The position numbers were made by a program, and so were the translations under genes. Source: Vulcanimicrobiota bacterium (GTDB taxonomy: Bacteria > Vulcanimicrobiota > Vulcanimicrobiia > Vulcanimicrobiales > Vulcanimicrobiaceae). Taken from it: a stretch of 64,000 bases of DNA. Below the pieces are notes generated by a model, which searched no databases, was not told the origin of the DNA, and saw only the letters and a program-made list of their open reading frames with translations. The stretch lies in contig CAWGBN010000006.1 in assembly GCA_963820825.1 (NCBI GenBank), positions 352,001 through 416,000 of the forward strand, given 5' to 3'. Shown piece after piece: positions 28,975-38,014 of the stretch (position 1 is its first letter; every line of letters starts with the position of its first letter).

Positions 28975-29116
28975 TGACGCCCGCGTGACCTAAAGCCTCA
29001 GAGACGCTCGTCGCTCCGCCTCCGGCTCCGCTCCTGCTGCACTGCCTCCTCGCTTCGCCCTCCATGGCTTCGCTCGTCGGTCAGAGCCTCTTCGTCGTTA
29101 GGTCATGCGGCCGTCA
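28975..29116. repeat. ~140-bp element with 19-bp imperfect terminal inverted repeats between convergent genes
   Basis: TGACGCCCGCGTGACCTAA ... TTAGGTCATGCGGCCGTCA (17/19 complementary); pyrimidine-rich interior with short repeated motifs. Confidence 0.55.
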
Positions 29117-29995
29117 GTCTGCAAGCATCTCTAGACTGAAATCGAGCGCCGGAGCGCTGTGCGTGAGCCAGCCGACGCTGATGACGTCGACGCCGGTGCG
29201 CGCGATCTCCACGACGTTGGCTTGCGTCACGCCGCCGCTCGCTTCGATGACCACGCGTTTGTCGACGATACGGACCGCTTCGGCGAGTTGTGCCGGCGTC
29301 ATGTTGTCGAGCAGGACGGCGTCGATCGGCGCGGCGAGCGCTTCGCGCAGCTGATCGAGGTTATCGACTTCGATTTCGATCTTGATCGTGTGGCCGACTC
29401 GCGCTCGCGTGCCGTCGATCGCGGCGCGGGCGGAGCCCGCGATGACGAGGTGGTTGTCTTTGATGAGCACCGCATCGTCGAGGCCGAAGCGGTGATTGCT
29501 TCCGCCGCCGCAGGCGACCGCATAGCGCTCGAGCGCGCGCAACCCGGGCGTCGTCTTGCGTGTGTCGGCGATCTTGGCGTGCGTTCCGGCGACGAGGTCG
29601 ACCAGCGTGCGCGTTGCCGTTGCGATGCCCGAGAGACGGCAGAGCAGATTGAGCGCGGTCCGTTCGCCGGTGAGAATCGCGCGAGCGCGCGCTTCGATTT
29701 CGGCGACCACGCTGCCGGGCTCGACACGTTCGCCTTCGCCGACGCGCGTTTCGACCGATGTTTCGGGGTCGAGCATTCGAAAGGCGATCAGCGCGAATGG
29801 TAATCCCGCGACGATTCCGCTTTGGCGTGCGACGATGCGGGCCGTCGCTTGTCGTTGCGGGTCGACGATCGCGTCGGTCGTGAGATCGCCGCCGTGGCCG
29901 ATGTCTTCGAGCAGTGCCGCTCGAACGACCGACTCGGCGACGAGCTCAGGCGACGCTGCGTAACCGCGTGAAGGAACGCTTCGCGAAGGCTTCAT
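29114..29995 (-). CDS. nadC: Nicotinate-nucleotide diphosphorylase (carboxylating)
   Basis: EDIGHGGDLTT, ERTALN, DTRKTTPG, NHRFGL, IKDNH, LLDN, EASGG; start uncertain. Confidence 0.93.
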   Translation of the reverse strand: MKPSRSVPSRGYAASPELVAESVVRAALLEDIGHGGDLTTDAIVDPQRQATARIVARQSGIVAGLPFALIAFRMLDPETSVETRVGEGERVEPGSVVAEIEARARAILTGERTALNLLCRLSGIATATRTLVDLVAGTHAKIADTRKTTPGLRALERYAVACGGGSNHRFGLDDAVLIKDNHLVIAGSARAAIDGTRARVGHTIKIEIEVDNLDQLREALAAPIDAVLLDNMTPAQLAEAVRIVDKRVVIEASGGVTQANVVEIARTGVDVISVGWLTHSAPALDFSLEMLAD

Positions 29996-31483
29996 CGCTC
30001 TGCGGATAATCGGTACGGAAGTGGCTGCCGCGGCTCTCGCGGCGCGCGAGCGCGGCGTCGGTAATCAAGCGGCCGACGACGAGCAGGTTGCGCAGGCCGG
30101 GATGCTCGCCGAACTCGGCGATGAGGCCTTCGATTCGCGCAAGCGCTTCGAGCAACGACGCTTCGTTGCGAACCAGACCGACGTTGGAGTACATGACATT
30201 GCGCACGTCGCTGAGCGCTTGGGCCGCGGTGGTGCTTGTGCGGTGCGCGCGGGGAAGCGCCGGCACGTTCATCGAGCCCTCGACGTCGCTCACGGGCGGC
30301 GCGTTGGCAATGTCGCTGGCGACGCGCGAACCGTAGACGAGCGCTTCGAGTAGGGAGTTGCTGGCGAGCCGGTTCGCACCGTGTACGCCGGTTGCGCTCG
30401 TCTCGCCGCAGGCCCAGAGCCGTTCGAGCGTCGTCCGTCCCCACTCGTCGACGGCGATTCCGCCCATGAGGTAATGCGCGGCGGGAGCGACGGGAATGTT
30501 CTGCACGCGCGGATCGATGCCGGCCGCCATGCAGAATCCAAAGACGGTCGGAAAGGCTGCGGGAAACGTCGCGCCGATCGCCGTTCGCGCATCGAGGCCG
30601 ACGCTGCGGCCGCGCTGGAGTTGCTCGAAGATCGCGCGCGCGACGACGTCGCGCGGCGCAAGCTCGGCGTCGGGATGAAGCGCGAGCATGAAGCGCTCGC
30701 CGAGATCGTTGACCAGCGTCGCGCCCTCACCGCGCACGGCCTCGGTGACCAACGGCATCGGGTCGCGTCCGATCGCCAGCGCCGTCGGATGAAACTGCAC
30801 GAACTCCATGTCGGCGAGCAGCGCGCCGGCGCGCGCGGCCATCGCGATGCCGTCGCCGGTCGCCTCCATCGGATTGGTCGTGTAACGGTAGAGCCGCCCG
30901 ATGCCGCCGGTCGCGAGCACGACGGCGCCGGCGCGGAATGCGACGATCGCATTGCTCGCGTTGCCGCGAGCGTAGACGCCGCCGACGCGCTCGCCGTCGA
31001 CGATCAGATCGGTCGCGGTCACCTCTTCGACGATCTCGATCGACGGGTGCACGCGCACCGCTTCGATCAGCGTTTTGAGAATTTCGTGCCCGGTCGCGTC
31101 GCCGCCGGCTTTGACGATGCGGCGGCGCTGGTGCGCCGCCTCGCGTCCCAGCGCGAGTTCGCCGGCCTCGGTGCGGTCGAACGCGCGCACCGAGCTCGAG
31201 CAGCTCTTCGACGCGCGCCGGAGCGTCGCGGGTGAGAATTTCGCACGATCTTGCGATCGCTGATGCCCGCGCCCGCGCGCTGGGTATCGATTGCGTGCAA
31301 TCGCGGCGAATCGTCCTTGCCGATTGCCGCGGCGATGCCGCCCTGGGCCCAATCGGTTGCCGCGCCCTTGCCCAGCCGCGTCTTGCAGAGCACCGTCACC
31401 TTCGCGGGTGCGAGTTTGAGCGCCGCGATCAATCCGGCGATGCCGGCGCCGACGACGATCGCGTCGCTGCGGTGGGTCTCCAT
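29946..31483 (-). CDS. nadB: L-aspartate oxidase (two apparent frameshifts at ~31243 and ~31182)
   Basis: GAGIAGL, WAQGGIAAA, REAAH, EFVQFHPT, TEAVRGEG, AHYLMGG, HGANRLASNSLLE, ESRGSH; position between nadA and nadC. Confidence 0.9.
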
Positions 31484-31491
31484 CGATTGCG

Positions 31492-32517
31492 TCAGTCTCG
31501 TGCCGAGCGGCTGTATTCGAGCATGCGATCGACGGCGCGACGCGCGCGAGCGGCAATCTCCGGCGCGACGGTTACCTCGTACTCCATCGCTTCGAGGCAG
31601 TGGAGCACCTTGGGCAGCGTGTTGCGCTTCATGTGCGGACAGAGATTGCAGGGCCGGACGAACTCGACGTTCGGATATCGCCCCGAGACGTTGTCGGCCA
31701 TCGAACATTCGGTCATCAGCAGAACGCGCGCCCGCGGCTTTCCGGAGACGGTACCGACGTACTCGGTCATGCCTTGCGTCGAGCCGACGTAATCGGCTTC
31801 GGCAAGCACGTCGGGCGGACACTCCGGATGCGCGAGCACCACCAGCGACGGATCGCCTTCGCGGAAGCGGCGCACGTCGTTGCCGGTAAAGCGCTCGTGC
31901 ACTTCGCAGTGACCCTTCCAGGCGATGATCTCGACGTTCGTCTTCGAGGCGACGTATTTCGCCAGGTATTCGTCGGGCAAGAAGATGACCCGCGGCGCGC
32001 CGAGCGCCTCCACGATCTGCAGGGCGTTGCCGCTGGTGACGCAGACGTCGGACTCGGCCTTGACCTCCGCCGACGTGTTCACGTAGGTGACGATCGGCGT
32101 CCCGGGATACCGCTGCCGAAGCAGGCGGACGTCATCGGCGGCGATCGACTCGGCAAGCGAACACCCGGCCCGCAGGTCGGGGACCAGGACGGTCTTGGAT
32201 GGGTTGACGAGCTTCGCGGTTTCGGCCATGAAGTGCACGCCGCAGAGCACGATAACGTCGGCGTCGGTCTGTGCCGCCTGCATCGCCAAAGCGAGCGAGT
32301 CCCCGACGATATCGGCGACCGTGTAGAAGATCTCGGGTACCTGGTAGTTATGCGCCAGGATGACGGCGTTTCGCTCGCGTTTGAGGCGGTTGATCGCCGC
32401 CACGTAGGGAGCGTGCAGCGGCCACTCGACCCGGGGAATCACGTGGCCGACGCGGTTGAAGATCGGTTCGGTCTCAGCCGCGACGCTCTCGGTGTAGGGT
32501 AATTCGATGACGCCCAT
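31492..32517 (-). CDS. nadA: Quinolinate synthase
   Basis: [31 protein letters not shown]-x-VH, AHPEC, CPHMK. Confidence 0.95.
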   Translation of the reverse strand: MGVIELPYTESVAAETEPIFNRVGHVIPRVEWPLHAPYVAAINRLKRERNAVILAHNYQVPEIFYTVADIVGDSLALAMQAAQTDADVIVLCGVHFMAETAKLVNPSKTVLVPDLRAGCSLAESIAADDVRLLRQRYPGTPIVTYVNTSAEVKAESDVCVTSGNALQIVEALGAPRVIFLPDEYLAKYVASKTNVEIIAWKGHCEVHERFTGNDVRRFREGDPSLVVLAHPECPPDVLAEADYVGSTQGMTEYVGTVSGKPRARVLLMTECSMADNVSGRYPNVEFVRPCNLCPHMKRNTLPKVLHCLEAMEYEVTVAPEIAARARRAVDRMLEYSRSARD

Positions 32518-32625
32518 GTGCCTGAAGGGGATTGCGGGCCTCGGCGCCGCTTCTCCCCTTTATTAATACCCGTTGCGCCGGCACGCGTTTGCGCCAAAGA
32601 CCCCGGAGCCCGGGCGGGGCCGAGC

Positions 32626-32651
32626 GTTTAGGGGCGGCGACCGCGCGGGTA
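32626..32651 (+). promoter_or_regulatory. Putative SigF/SigB-type stress promoter (GTTT-N17-GGGTA)
   Basis: GTTT 32626-32629 and GGGTA 32647-32651, upstream of the small ORF at 32698. Confidence 0.4.
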
Positions 32652-32697
32652 CGAGGCGCTTAGGAGCAGAGTCCCAACGAAGGAGGAACCCATTTCA

Positions 32698-32856
32698 ATG
32701 AATCGATGGTTTATTGGCGTCGTTCTCGCCGGAGCGTGCATCGCGGGCGCGGCGACGACCCTCGCTGCGAATGCGCAACCGGTCATGACGCCCTCGCCGA
32801 TGATGTCGCCGATGTCGTCGCCGTCCCCGACGCCTGCCTCGACGATGCGGCCATAA
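32698..32856 (+). CDS. Small secreted Met/Pro/Ser-rich protein (52 aa)
   Basis: AAGGAGG RBS; MNRWFIGVVLAGACIAGAATTLAANA signal-like peptide followed by QPVMTPSPMMSPMSSPSPTPASTMRP. Confidence 0.7.
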   Translation: MNRWFIGVVLAGACIAGAATTLAANAQPVMTPSPMMSPMSSPSPTPASTMRP

Positions 32857-32947
32857 GGTTGCGCGCGGCTTGCGGCACGTCGTGTCGATAAGCCTGTGAG
32901 TAACCAAAATTTCTTGTGGAGGCGTTGTGGACTCGAGGTTAAGCGTA

Positions 32948-32977
32948 TTGAAAACCGATTATCGGTTTTGTTAGCAT
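32948..32977 (+). promoter_or_regulatory. Sigma70-type promoter overlapped by two palindromes
   Basis: -35 TTGAAA (32948-32953), 18-nt spacer, extended -10 TGtTAGCAT (32969-32977). Confidence 0.55.
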
Positions 32978-32983
32978 GCTAAC

Positions 32984-33150
32984 ACTTCGCCCAATGACGG
33001 AGTGCGGAACGTATCGAACCGCGGACGGCAGCACGTAGACGATCTGTCGCCACAAGCGACAAAATCCGAGTGAGGTCGTTCTAACACCGGATCGAAACGT
33101 CGGTGGGAGGCTGCAACGGCTTCAAACAGGCGAGAATGAACCGGCGGTAC
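32984..33150 (+). ncRNA. Unrecognised multi-stem structured RNA (candidate riboswitch or sRNA)
   Basis: Seven nested helices found by hand, with G-U pairs on the + strand; lies between a promoter and a terminator. Confidence 0.5.
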
Positions 33151-33152
33151 AC

Positions 33153-33190
33153 CAAAGCCCGCAGCGTAGGTGCTGCGGGCTTTGTATGTA
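33153..33190 (+). terminator. Intrinsic terminator / attenuator upstream of the OPT gene
   Basis: CAAAGCCCGCAGCG-TAGG-TGCTGCGGGCTTTG 14-bp stem, then TATGTA. Confidence 0.75.
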
Positions 33191-33202
33191 AGAAACCGCT
33201 CT

Positions 33203-35161
33203 ATGGAAAGCCGAGCGGAGCTTACCCTTCGCGGGTTCGTTCTCGGTGCCGCGATCACGCTCGTCTTTACCGCGGCGAACGTCTACCTCGGGCTCAAGGT
33301 TGGGCTGACCTTCGCGTCGTCTATTCCGGCGGCGGTCATCTCCATGGCCGTCCTGCGGGCGTTCCGCAACGCGACGATCTACGAGAACAACATCGTGCAG
33401 ACCATCGCCTCGGCGGCCGGGACTCTTTCGGCAATCATCTTCGTTCTGCCGGGGCTGGTGATGATCGGCTGGTGGAGCGGATTTCCGTTCCTGCAGTCCT
33501 TCGCGATCTGTGCGATCGGCGGAACGCTCGGCGTGATGTATAGCGTGCCGCTGCGGCGCGCGCTCGTGACGGGCTCCGACCTTCCCTATCCCGAGGGCGT
33601 CGCGGCCGCCGAAGTGCTGAAGGTCGGCACCGGCGCGGGTTCGTCGACGGAGCGCAATCGAGCCGGGCTCCTGGCGTTGCTGGCCGGCACGATCGCCTCG
33701 GCCGCGTTTGCCGCAATCGTCGCAACGCGCCTCTTCATCGGCGAGCTCGCCGGCTATTTTCGAGCCGGCGCGGCGACGACCGGCGCCGGCTTCTCGCTAT
33801 CGCTCGCGCTCGTCGGCGCGGGACAACTCATCGGCATCACGGTCGGCACGGCGATCTTCGTCGGTCTCGTCATCGCATGGGGCATCGCAACGCCGCTTCT
33901 AACCGCGCTCCATCCGATGGCGGGCGACGCCGCCGGCGTTGCAACCGCGGTCTGGTCGCATCAGGTGCGCTTCATCGGCGCCGGCGCGATCGGCGTCGCG
34001 GCGCTCTGGTCGCTCGGACGGCTCGTGCGTCCGGTCGTGATGGGTGTCGCCTCGGCGCTCGCCGCGTCGCGCCGCCGTCGTGAATCTGCGGTAGAGCTGC
34101 CGCGAACGGAGCGCGATCTGCCGATCGGCATCGTCGCGCTCATCAGCATCGCCTGCCTCGTTCCGCTCGCGGTGCTCTTCTGGCTGTTCCTCGCAGGCGG
34201 ACGGCTCGCGCCGATCGCGGGAGCGTTGACCGTGGCGGGCGTTGCGTACGTCGTAGTCGCCGGTTTCTTCGTCGCGGCCGCGTGCGGATATATGGCGGGA
34301 CTCATCGGTTCGTCGAACAGCCCCGTCTCGGGCTTGGCGATTCTCTCGGTGATCGGCGCCGCGCTTCTCGTGCTGGCGATCGGAAGCGGACTCACGCACG
34401 TCGCCGCGCTGCCGATGATCGCCTATGCGCTCGTCGTTACCGCGGTGCTGCTCTGCGTCGCGACGATCTCGAACGACAACCTGCAAGATCTCAAGACCGG
34501 ACAGCTCGTCGATGCGACGCCGTGGCGGCAGCAAGTCGCGCTCGTCGCGGGCGTGGCGGTCGGTGCCGTCGTTATTCCGCCGATACTCGATCTCCTCAAC
34601 CGCGCCTACGGCTTCGCCGGCGCGGTCGTCGCCCATAGCGCCGTTGCGCAGCCGCTGCCCGCGCCGCAAGCGACCTTGATTTCCGCACTCGCCAAAGGCG
34701 TGATCGGCGGCGAGCTCGACTGGCGGCTGATCGGGGCCGGTGCGATCGTCGGCGCAATCATCGTCGCGATCGACGAGTTGCTTCGCACGCGCAAGCTGGC
34801 GCTGCCGCCGCTCGCCGTCGGCCTCGGCATCTATCTGCCGATCTCGACGACCGCGCCGGTCGTGCTCGGCGCGGTCCTCGGTTGGTGGTACAACCGCTGG
34901 GCGGCTCGCCAGCGGGATGCCGACCGCGCGAAACAGCTCGGCGTACTCATCGCCTCGGGCTTGATCGTCGGCGAGAGCCTCTTCGGCGTGCTGCTCGCGG
35001 CCTTGATCGTCTTTAGCGGAAAGGCCGAACCGCTCGGTATCGTCGGCGATGCGTTCACGCCGACGGCGACGGTGCTCGGCGCGCTCGCGTTCGTCATCGC
35101 GATCGGCGTGCTCTTTCAAACGGCGCGCTCGCTGATCCGCAAGACGCCGCAGTCCGCCTAG
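33203..35161 (+). CDS. OPT family oligopeptide transporter
   Basis: ELTLRG, NVYLGLKVG, ENNIVQTIASA, LPYPEG, GSSNSPVSG, NDNLQDLKTG, LPAPQA. Confidence 0.95.
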   Translation: MESRAELTLRGFVLGAAITLVFTAANVYLGLKVGLTFASSIPAAVISMAVLRAFRNATIYENNIVQTIASAAGTLSAIIFVLPGLVMIGWWSGFPFLQSFAICAIGGTLGVMYSVPLRRALVTGSDLPYPEGVAAAEVLKVGTGAGSSTERNRAGLLALLAGTIASAAFAAIVATRLFIGELAGYFRAGAATTGAGFSLSLALVGAGQLIGITVGTAIFVGLVIAWGIATPLLTALHPMAGDAAGVATAVWSHQVRFIGAGAIGVAALWSLGRLVRPVVMGVASALAASRRRRESAVELPRTERDLPIGIVALISIACLVPLAVLFWLFLAGGRLAPIAGALTVAGVAYVVVAGFFVAAACGYMAGLIGSSNSPVSGLAILSVIGAALLVLAIGSGLTHVAALPMIAYALVVTAVLLCVATISNDNLQDLKTGQLVDATPWRQQVALVAGVAVGAVVIPPILDLLNRAYGFAGAVVAHSAVAQPLPAPQATLISALAKGVIGGELDWRLIGAGAIVGAIIVAIDELLRTRKLALPPLAVGLGIYLPISTTAPVVLGAVLGWWYNRWAARQRDADRAKQLGVLIASGLIVGESLFGVLLAALIVFSGKAEPLGIVGDAFTPTATVLGALAFVIAIGVLFQTARSLIRKTPQSA

Positions 35162-35179
35162 ACCGCGGCCCGATCGGCG

Positions 35180-36574
35180 TCAATCATCGTCGAGCGGCTC
35201 GTCGGATGGCTTCTGATGCATGAAATACGACTTGCCGTGCTCGGATTGAATCGGTGAAAACGGAATCGGCTGCTGCGAGTAGTTGAAGCAGTCGATGAGG
35301 CTGTTGGCGTGGCGGTCCCCGTTCCCTAAGTAGCCGAGGTTCCAGTTCCGTTCGATATATTTGAGAATGCTGCGGAACTCGTATTGAGTCGACGAGATAT
35401 GTCCGGCTTTCGCGTAGGGCGAGACGATGATTGCCGGCACGCGGAAACCCAAGCTGCCGAATCCGTGCTGGGGTGGGTTGAGATTATCGTAGATGCCTCC
35501 CCAGTCGTCCCACGTGACGACGATCGCCGTTGAGTTCCAGTACGAGCTCTCGCCAATCGCGTTGACGATGCTCGCAACCCAGGACGGCCCGTCGTCCTTG
35601 TCGGCGCCCGGATGGTCCGAATTGTCGGCATCGGGTATGACCCACGAGACCGCGGGCAGCGAGCCGCTCGCAACGTCGTTGAAGATGTTCGTCTCCGGCG
35701 AGGAGATATTCGTCTTCCACTCCGGTCCGTAGCGCACCGGATAGATCATGTCGAAGGCATTAAAGAGCCGGCCGTTGACGCTGCAGCACGACGGCGGAAC
35801 GTAGTACTTCCACGAGAGGCCTTTGGCGTCGAGCAGATCGCGAATCGTCGGATAGTTCAGGGTAAAGTCGTTGGAGCACGGGAACGGTCCCTTGCCGAGC
35901 CGGAGCACGTCGTTCCGAGTAATCACGGCCGTGCGCGTGTTCGGCGGAGCGTCGCATCCCCAGTGGCACTTGTGCCCCGCACATCCCGGGAAGTTCACGA
36001 GCGCTTCGTTTGGCGCGATCGTCGTCCCGCCGGTGATGAGGTCCTGATGGCCGGAGAAGCCGCCGCTGCCCTGCGTGGCAAACATATGCTCGGCTAGTGC
36101 ATACTCCTTGGCCATATCCCAGTACGGCTTGATCTGCACCGGGTCGACGTACTGATACGGATACATGCACGCATGCGTATGGTCCTCGTGTACGATCCTA
36201 TCGAATCCGTCCATCTTTCCGCCGTCGCGCGCGGTTCGGAACGCCGAATAGTAGTGGTTGAAGCGCGTCGGGTCGATCAGTCCGGTCTCTCGCAGCCGTA
36301 CCGTCTCCGTCTTGGCGATGTGACACTTTGCATCTTTGGCCGCCCTGCCCGTCGTTACGCCGTCCGCGCCGGGAAACGTCGCGAAGAGGTTGTTGAACGT
36401 GCGGTTCTCTTGAACGATCAGCACGACGTGAGCAATAGGGGAGCTCGATGCAGTGGAGTCGAGAGCCGGCGTCGCGGGTAGCGAGCCGCGCAGTATGCCG
36501 TTGCCTCCGCAGCCGGTCAGCAATGCAACGGCGATACTCGCAATTGCGCCATGGGTACTGCCGAGGCTCCTCAC
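35180..36574 (-). CDS. Phospholipase C / phosphoesterase family lipoprotein
   Basis: Lipobox LTGC, HVVLIVQENRTFNNLF, SDHP, TWDDWGG, GFRVPAIIVSPY. Confidence 0.88.
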   Translation of the reverse strand: MRSLGSTHGAIASIAVALLTGCGGNGILRGSLPATPALDSTASSSPIAHVVLIVQENRTFNNLFATFPGADGVTTGRAAKDAKCHIAKTETVRLRETGLIDPTRFNHYYSAFRTARDGGKMDGFDRIVHEDHTHACMYPYQYVDPVQIKPYWDMAKEYALAEHMFATQGSGGFSGHQDLITGGTTIAPNEALVNFPGCAGHKCHWGCDAPPNTRTAVITRNDVLRLGKGPFPCSNDFTLNYPTIRDLLDAKGLSWKYYVPPSCCSVNGRLFNAFDMIYPVRYGPEWKTNISSPETNIFNDVASGSLPAVSWVIPDADNSDHPGADKDDGPSWVASIVNAIGESSYWNSTAIVVTWDDWGGIYDNLNPPQHGFGSLGFRVPAIIVSPYAKAGHISSTQYEFRSILKYIERNWNLGYLGNGDRHANSLIDCFNYSQQPIPFSPIQSEHGKSYFMHQKPSDEPLDDD

Positions 36575-36718
36575 ATCCGTATCCTTTCCGAGAGGTTACA
36601 GGGTCACCACGGTACTCGGCTGCCGTAGCCGGGCTAAGGATTCTGCGGCTCAAGGTTTCGGCGCCAACCGCCCTACTCTTCGCAGTCACAGGCCCCGGCG
36701 AGTAAGCGTTGGGTCTGC

Positions 36719-37459
36719 ATGAAGACGGCGTTGTACGGGCGTTTCGTCTTTGGCGCATCGGCGGTGCTCTTCGGCGTCATCGCGCTCATGTGGCACGACC
36801 CCGACACGTGGCAAAGCGTCAGCAGGCTCTGGCGACTGCCCTTCGGTTCGATCCTCGGCGAATGCCTGATGGTCGCCCTGATCGTGGGCGGAATCGGCGT
36901 GCTCTATCCGCGTACCGCGCGTACGGCGTCGATCGTGCTCGGCGTGGTCTATGCGATCTTCTCGCTTTCCTGCATTCCCGGGGTCGTCGCCGCGCCGACG
37001 ACCTACGTGCAGTATGGGAGCTTCTTCGAGCAGTTCTCCTTATTGTGCGGAGCGATTGCGGTGTACGCCGCGACGGAGCCGAATGCGGCACGAGCGGCAG
37101 CGACCGGGCGGCTGGCGCGCATCGGGCTTGGGCTCTGCGCGGTTTCATTCACGCTCGCGCAGATATTCTATCTGCATTTCACCGCGACGCTGGTTCCGGT
37201 ATGGATCCCGCCGAATCAAACCTTTTGGGCGATCCTGACGACCGTTGCATTTGGGCTGGCCGCGATCGCCATTCTCATCAACCGTCAGGCGCGGCTCGCG
37301 ATTCGTCTGATGACCCTGATGCTCGCGCTCTTCGGCATCATCGTTTGGGTGCCGCTGGTGATCGCGCATCCCGAATCGCACTCGAATTGGTCCGAGTTCG
37401 CGCTAAACTTCCTGATCGCGGGGGCCGCCTGGATGGTGGCCGAGTTGCGGTCCCTCTGA
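36719..37459 (+). CDS. DoxX-like duplicated membrane protein
   Basis: About eight TM segments in two similar halves; LVPVWIPP..FWA and NWSEFA motifs. Confidence 0.65.
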   Translation: MKTALYGRFVFGASAVLFGVIALMWHDPDTWQSVSRLWRLPFGSILGECLMVALIVGGIGVLYPRTARTASIVLGVVYAIFSLSCIPGVVAAPTTYVQYGSFFEQFSLLCGAIAVYAATEPNAARAAATGRLARIGLGLCAVSFTLAQIFYLHFTATLVPVWIPPNQTFWAILTTVAFGLAAIAILINRQARLAIRLMTLMLALFGIIVWVPLVIAHPESHSNWSEFALNFLIAGAAWMVAELRSL

Positions 37460-37460
37460 A

Positions 37461-37934
37461 TCAATAAACGAGGCGCAACGATTGCGGCGCCTCGTGCTCG
37501 CTGATCTCCAGCAGCGTTACCGGCGTGCCTTTGTATTGCGTGTGCACGAGGCGCGCGACGAACGCGACGTCGGTTCCGGCAATGCGAAAGCGGGCCCAAC
37601 GAAGTCCATCGCACGGACGCGTGACCTCGTCTTCCTTGACGATGGTCGGCGAATACTTCGCGGCGTGGCCGATCTGAAAGAGACACGTACCGGGCCGAGT
37701 GCCGGGACGATCGTACATCAAGACGCTTCGCAAATCGGATTGCGTATTGCCGTCGGGGAACTTGAGGGCCGACGTCATTCGCACGATCGCCGTCTGGGGT
37801 CCGACGATCGTGGTGAGGCTGCCATCGGGATCGCCGAGCGCGACGGCCTTCTGAAAGTCCTGCGCCGAATGCGGCGCTTCCGTGCTGCACGCCGCCAGCA
37901 CGAGCGCGACGAAGATGGTATGAATGCGACGCAT
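37461..37934 (-). CDS. Hypothetical lipoprotein
   Basis: MRRIHTIFVALVLAAC lipobox. Confidence 0.65.
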   Translation of the reverse strand: MRRIHTIFVALVLAACSTEAPHSAQDFQKAVALGDPDGSLTTIVGPQTAIVRMTSALKFPDGNTQSDLRSVLMYDRPGTRPGTCLFQIGHAAKYSPTIVKEDEVTRPCDGLRWARFRIAGTDVAFVARLVHTQYKGTPVTLLEISEHEAPQSLRLVY

Positions 37935-38014
37935 GTCGTCGGACGTACGGTTGCAATCTGGCAATAACCTTGTACGCGAGCTATTGCCCGGGCGCGAAAG
38001 CTGGAGAAGAGTCG

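Noticed and set aside
29938..29954. CGACGAGCTCAGGCGAC resembling the REP-like family
   Set aside because: Lacks the CCCTT arm, so there is no hairpin; may be chance in coding sequence
32951..32980. Possible dif (XerCD) site
   Set aside because: Arms match poorly and the spacer would be 4 nt rather than 6; better explained as promoter plus palindromes
32994..33038. 14-codon ORF MTECGTYRTADGST as a leader peptide
   Set aside because: No RBS, no run of regulatory codons, and far from the terminator; not fully excluded
32984..33150. Assignment to 6S RNA, T-box or a known riboswitch
   Set aside because: The fold is branched rather than rod-like, and I could not find the UGGN bulge or other diagnostic consensus by eye
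36575..36718. c-di-AMP (ydaO)-like GCAGAAUCC on the minus strand upstream of the phosphoesterase
   Set aside because: Only a short match; the remaining conserved elements are missing
37960..37988. GGCAATA-N15-TATTGCC inverted repeat upstream of a lipoprotein gene
   Set aside because: Short, single occurrence, with no regulator to link it to
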